In this document: positions 62,578 to 64,000 of the stretch, piece by piece
How positions within the stretch are numbered: position 1 is the first letter of the stretch
How the letters are laid out: each line of letters opens with the position of its first letter
Assembly (NCBI GenBank): GCA_010015805.1
Contig: ML978129.1
Location: 806,001 to 870,000 of the forward strand
Direction of reading: 5' to 3'
DNA from: Rhizodiscina lignyota
Taxonomy: Eukaryota
DNA: 64,000 nt
Notes under the pieces: generated by a model
Told to the model about the DNA's origin: nothing
What the model saw: only the letters and a program-made list of their open reading frames with translations
The model's database searches: none
Made by a program: the position numbers and the translations under genes

Positions 62578-63885
62578 TTAAGCAGCGCCCAGTGATTGAA
62601 GCGCGATTCGTAGCTCATCCACTGCAGTATTCACGTCCTCGAAATTTAGCGCCGAAATTGCCCACTTTGCGTGCTTCTGGGCATTCAGGACAGCCTCATC
62701 ATCCGTACGATATGGGCCTTGATGTGTTGGTGCGACAGGAGCCGCATATGTTGATGGGACTTGGGGCATTGCAATAGGGGGCTGAGGAAGAACAGGCGGT
62801 TGCAGCTGTGGCGTGTGAGCGGAAGGTTGCGGCAGAATCGGTGGTTGGGCTTGAGGTGTAGGAGCAGTTGGAGTGTGGTTGGATGGCGATGGCACATTGT
62901 AGAAATTAGTCGGATCGATATTTTGATCGGTGTTCCCCATTTCGATTTCTGGCGCTGTCGGTAATCGCGGAGCGCTTTGCTCTGACGTGAAAGTTGGCAC
63001 CTGAGGGAAATACCCTCCGCCTACAGAGTTTGTGCGACTGTTTCCATTTGGAGAAGGTTCTAGGGGTGAAACCTCTACATTTGTCGGTGGCGCTGGTGGG
63101 CCTGATGGAGGTTGAATGGATGGTACTTCTGGAGGAGCGGTGGGAGTGAAGTGAGGCGATGCCATTATTGAATCTGGAGCATCTTCAACTGATGGCTGAA
63201 GCGACGCTGCATTATTGATGTCCTGCACCTCTGGATCTGATGGGTCCAGAGGAGGTGCCTCCTGCTCAGGCGATGGCTCTCTTGCGGGATTGGAAAGGTT
63301 CGGATCCTCCCCGGCTTTGATTGCTTTGGCGATGCGAACCGCATGGTATTTGGCGTACTTTGACTTGGCCTGAAACTCTGCTTCTATTGGGCCAAAAACG
63401 CTAAGGAGGTCGAGAAAAGTTGCAGAGGCTCTGAACGTATCGGCCGTTTGCCTGTTCGAAATATAAGCATGTGCTCGTAATATAGCATATAGGATCGTCA
63501 CGAACGCAGAAACCTTGTTCGCACGAACAGCATTGTCGGCGCGCTGAAAGGTATCCATTGCGAACTGCTCGACATATGCCTTGGCAGCCATATCATCGTG
63601 GATGGCGGCCTCGTCTGGATGCTCGGCTTTGGTGCGCTCCAGCTTGTCCATCAAGCCGGTGGTATAGGCCATGCATTCATCATCGTTTGTGTGCAAGCCT
63701 TTATCGAGAATCTGATTCACCATACAGTATTCCACTTCACGCTATCAGCTAGAGTTTGATCTGAAACAGGCAGACGACCTACACCAGTACGAGATAACTG
63801 GCTTGAATTTCTCCAGCTGGGCGGCCCGCATCGCAAACTGCGAGATCTCCGGGGCCTTCAGGCCTGCTGGGACGTGCGCTGCCAT
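62578..63885 (-). CDS. vta1: Vta1 (Vps4 cofactor, ESCRT/MVB sorting)
   Basis: KPVISYWC|EY MIT region, TADTFRASATFLDLL, KSKYAKYHA, VSL domain AQKHAKWAISALNFEDVNTA; two introns. Confidence 0.95.
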
Positions 63886-64000
63886 ACTGATTTACGATGC
63901 ACTTGAAAAGCGGATTTTGAGGTGTCCCAAAGAGAGATGACATGTGGTCGAGACGGGTTTGTGGCTAGAGCCCGCCCGTGCGTTAGCGGGGAAAGCTATG

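Overview
Gene-dense, intron-rich nuclear DNA from a filamentous ascomycete (Pezizomycotina-type GT..CTRAC..YAG introns of about 45-180 nt). About 24 protein genes can be supported: a dipeptidyl peptidase V (5' end outside the window), a flavin monooxygenase, a lactose/cellodextrin-type sugar porter, three Zn2Cys6 transcription factors, an SDR, a PIR-repeat/GPI wall protein, an aldehyde reductase II-like enzyme, eIF3d, CaMK CmkA, a double-bromodomain protein, an amino-acid permease, a biuret/guanylurea-hydrolase-like enzyme, Ubc12, Ilv5, an arrestin-like protein, ISWI, an OPT transporter, Vta1 and some hypotheticals. The standout is the single tRNA gene (22909-23048). It reads as tRNA-Glu(TTC) only after two different introns are removed: a 53-nt mRNA-type spliceosomal intron (GTCAGT...TGACTAAC...CAG) between anticodon-loop positions 32/33, and a 15-nt canonical tRNA intron at 37/38. 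A second unusual area is the accessory block at about 57.4-62.3 kb. It holds a frameshifted chromodomain/F-box-like gene, an ORF-less multi-intron minus-strand unit with a candidate [A2,3] stwintron and an array of small palindromes, and a degenerate ORF. All splice models were read by eye and are untested.
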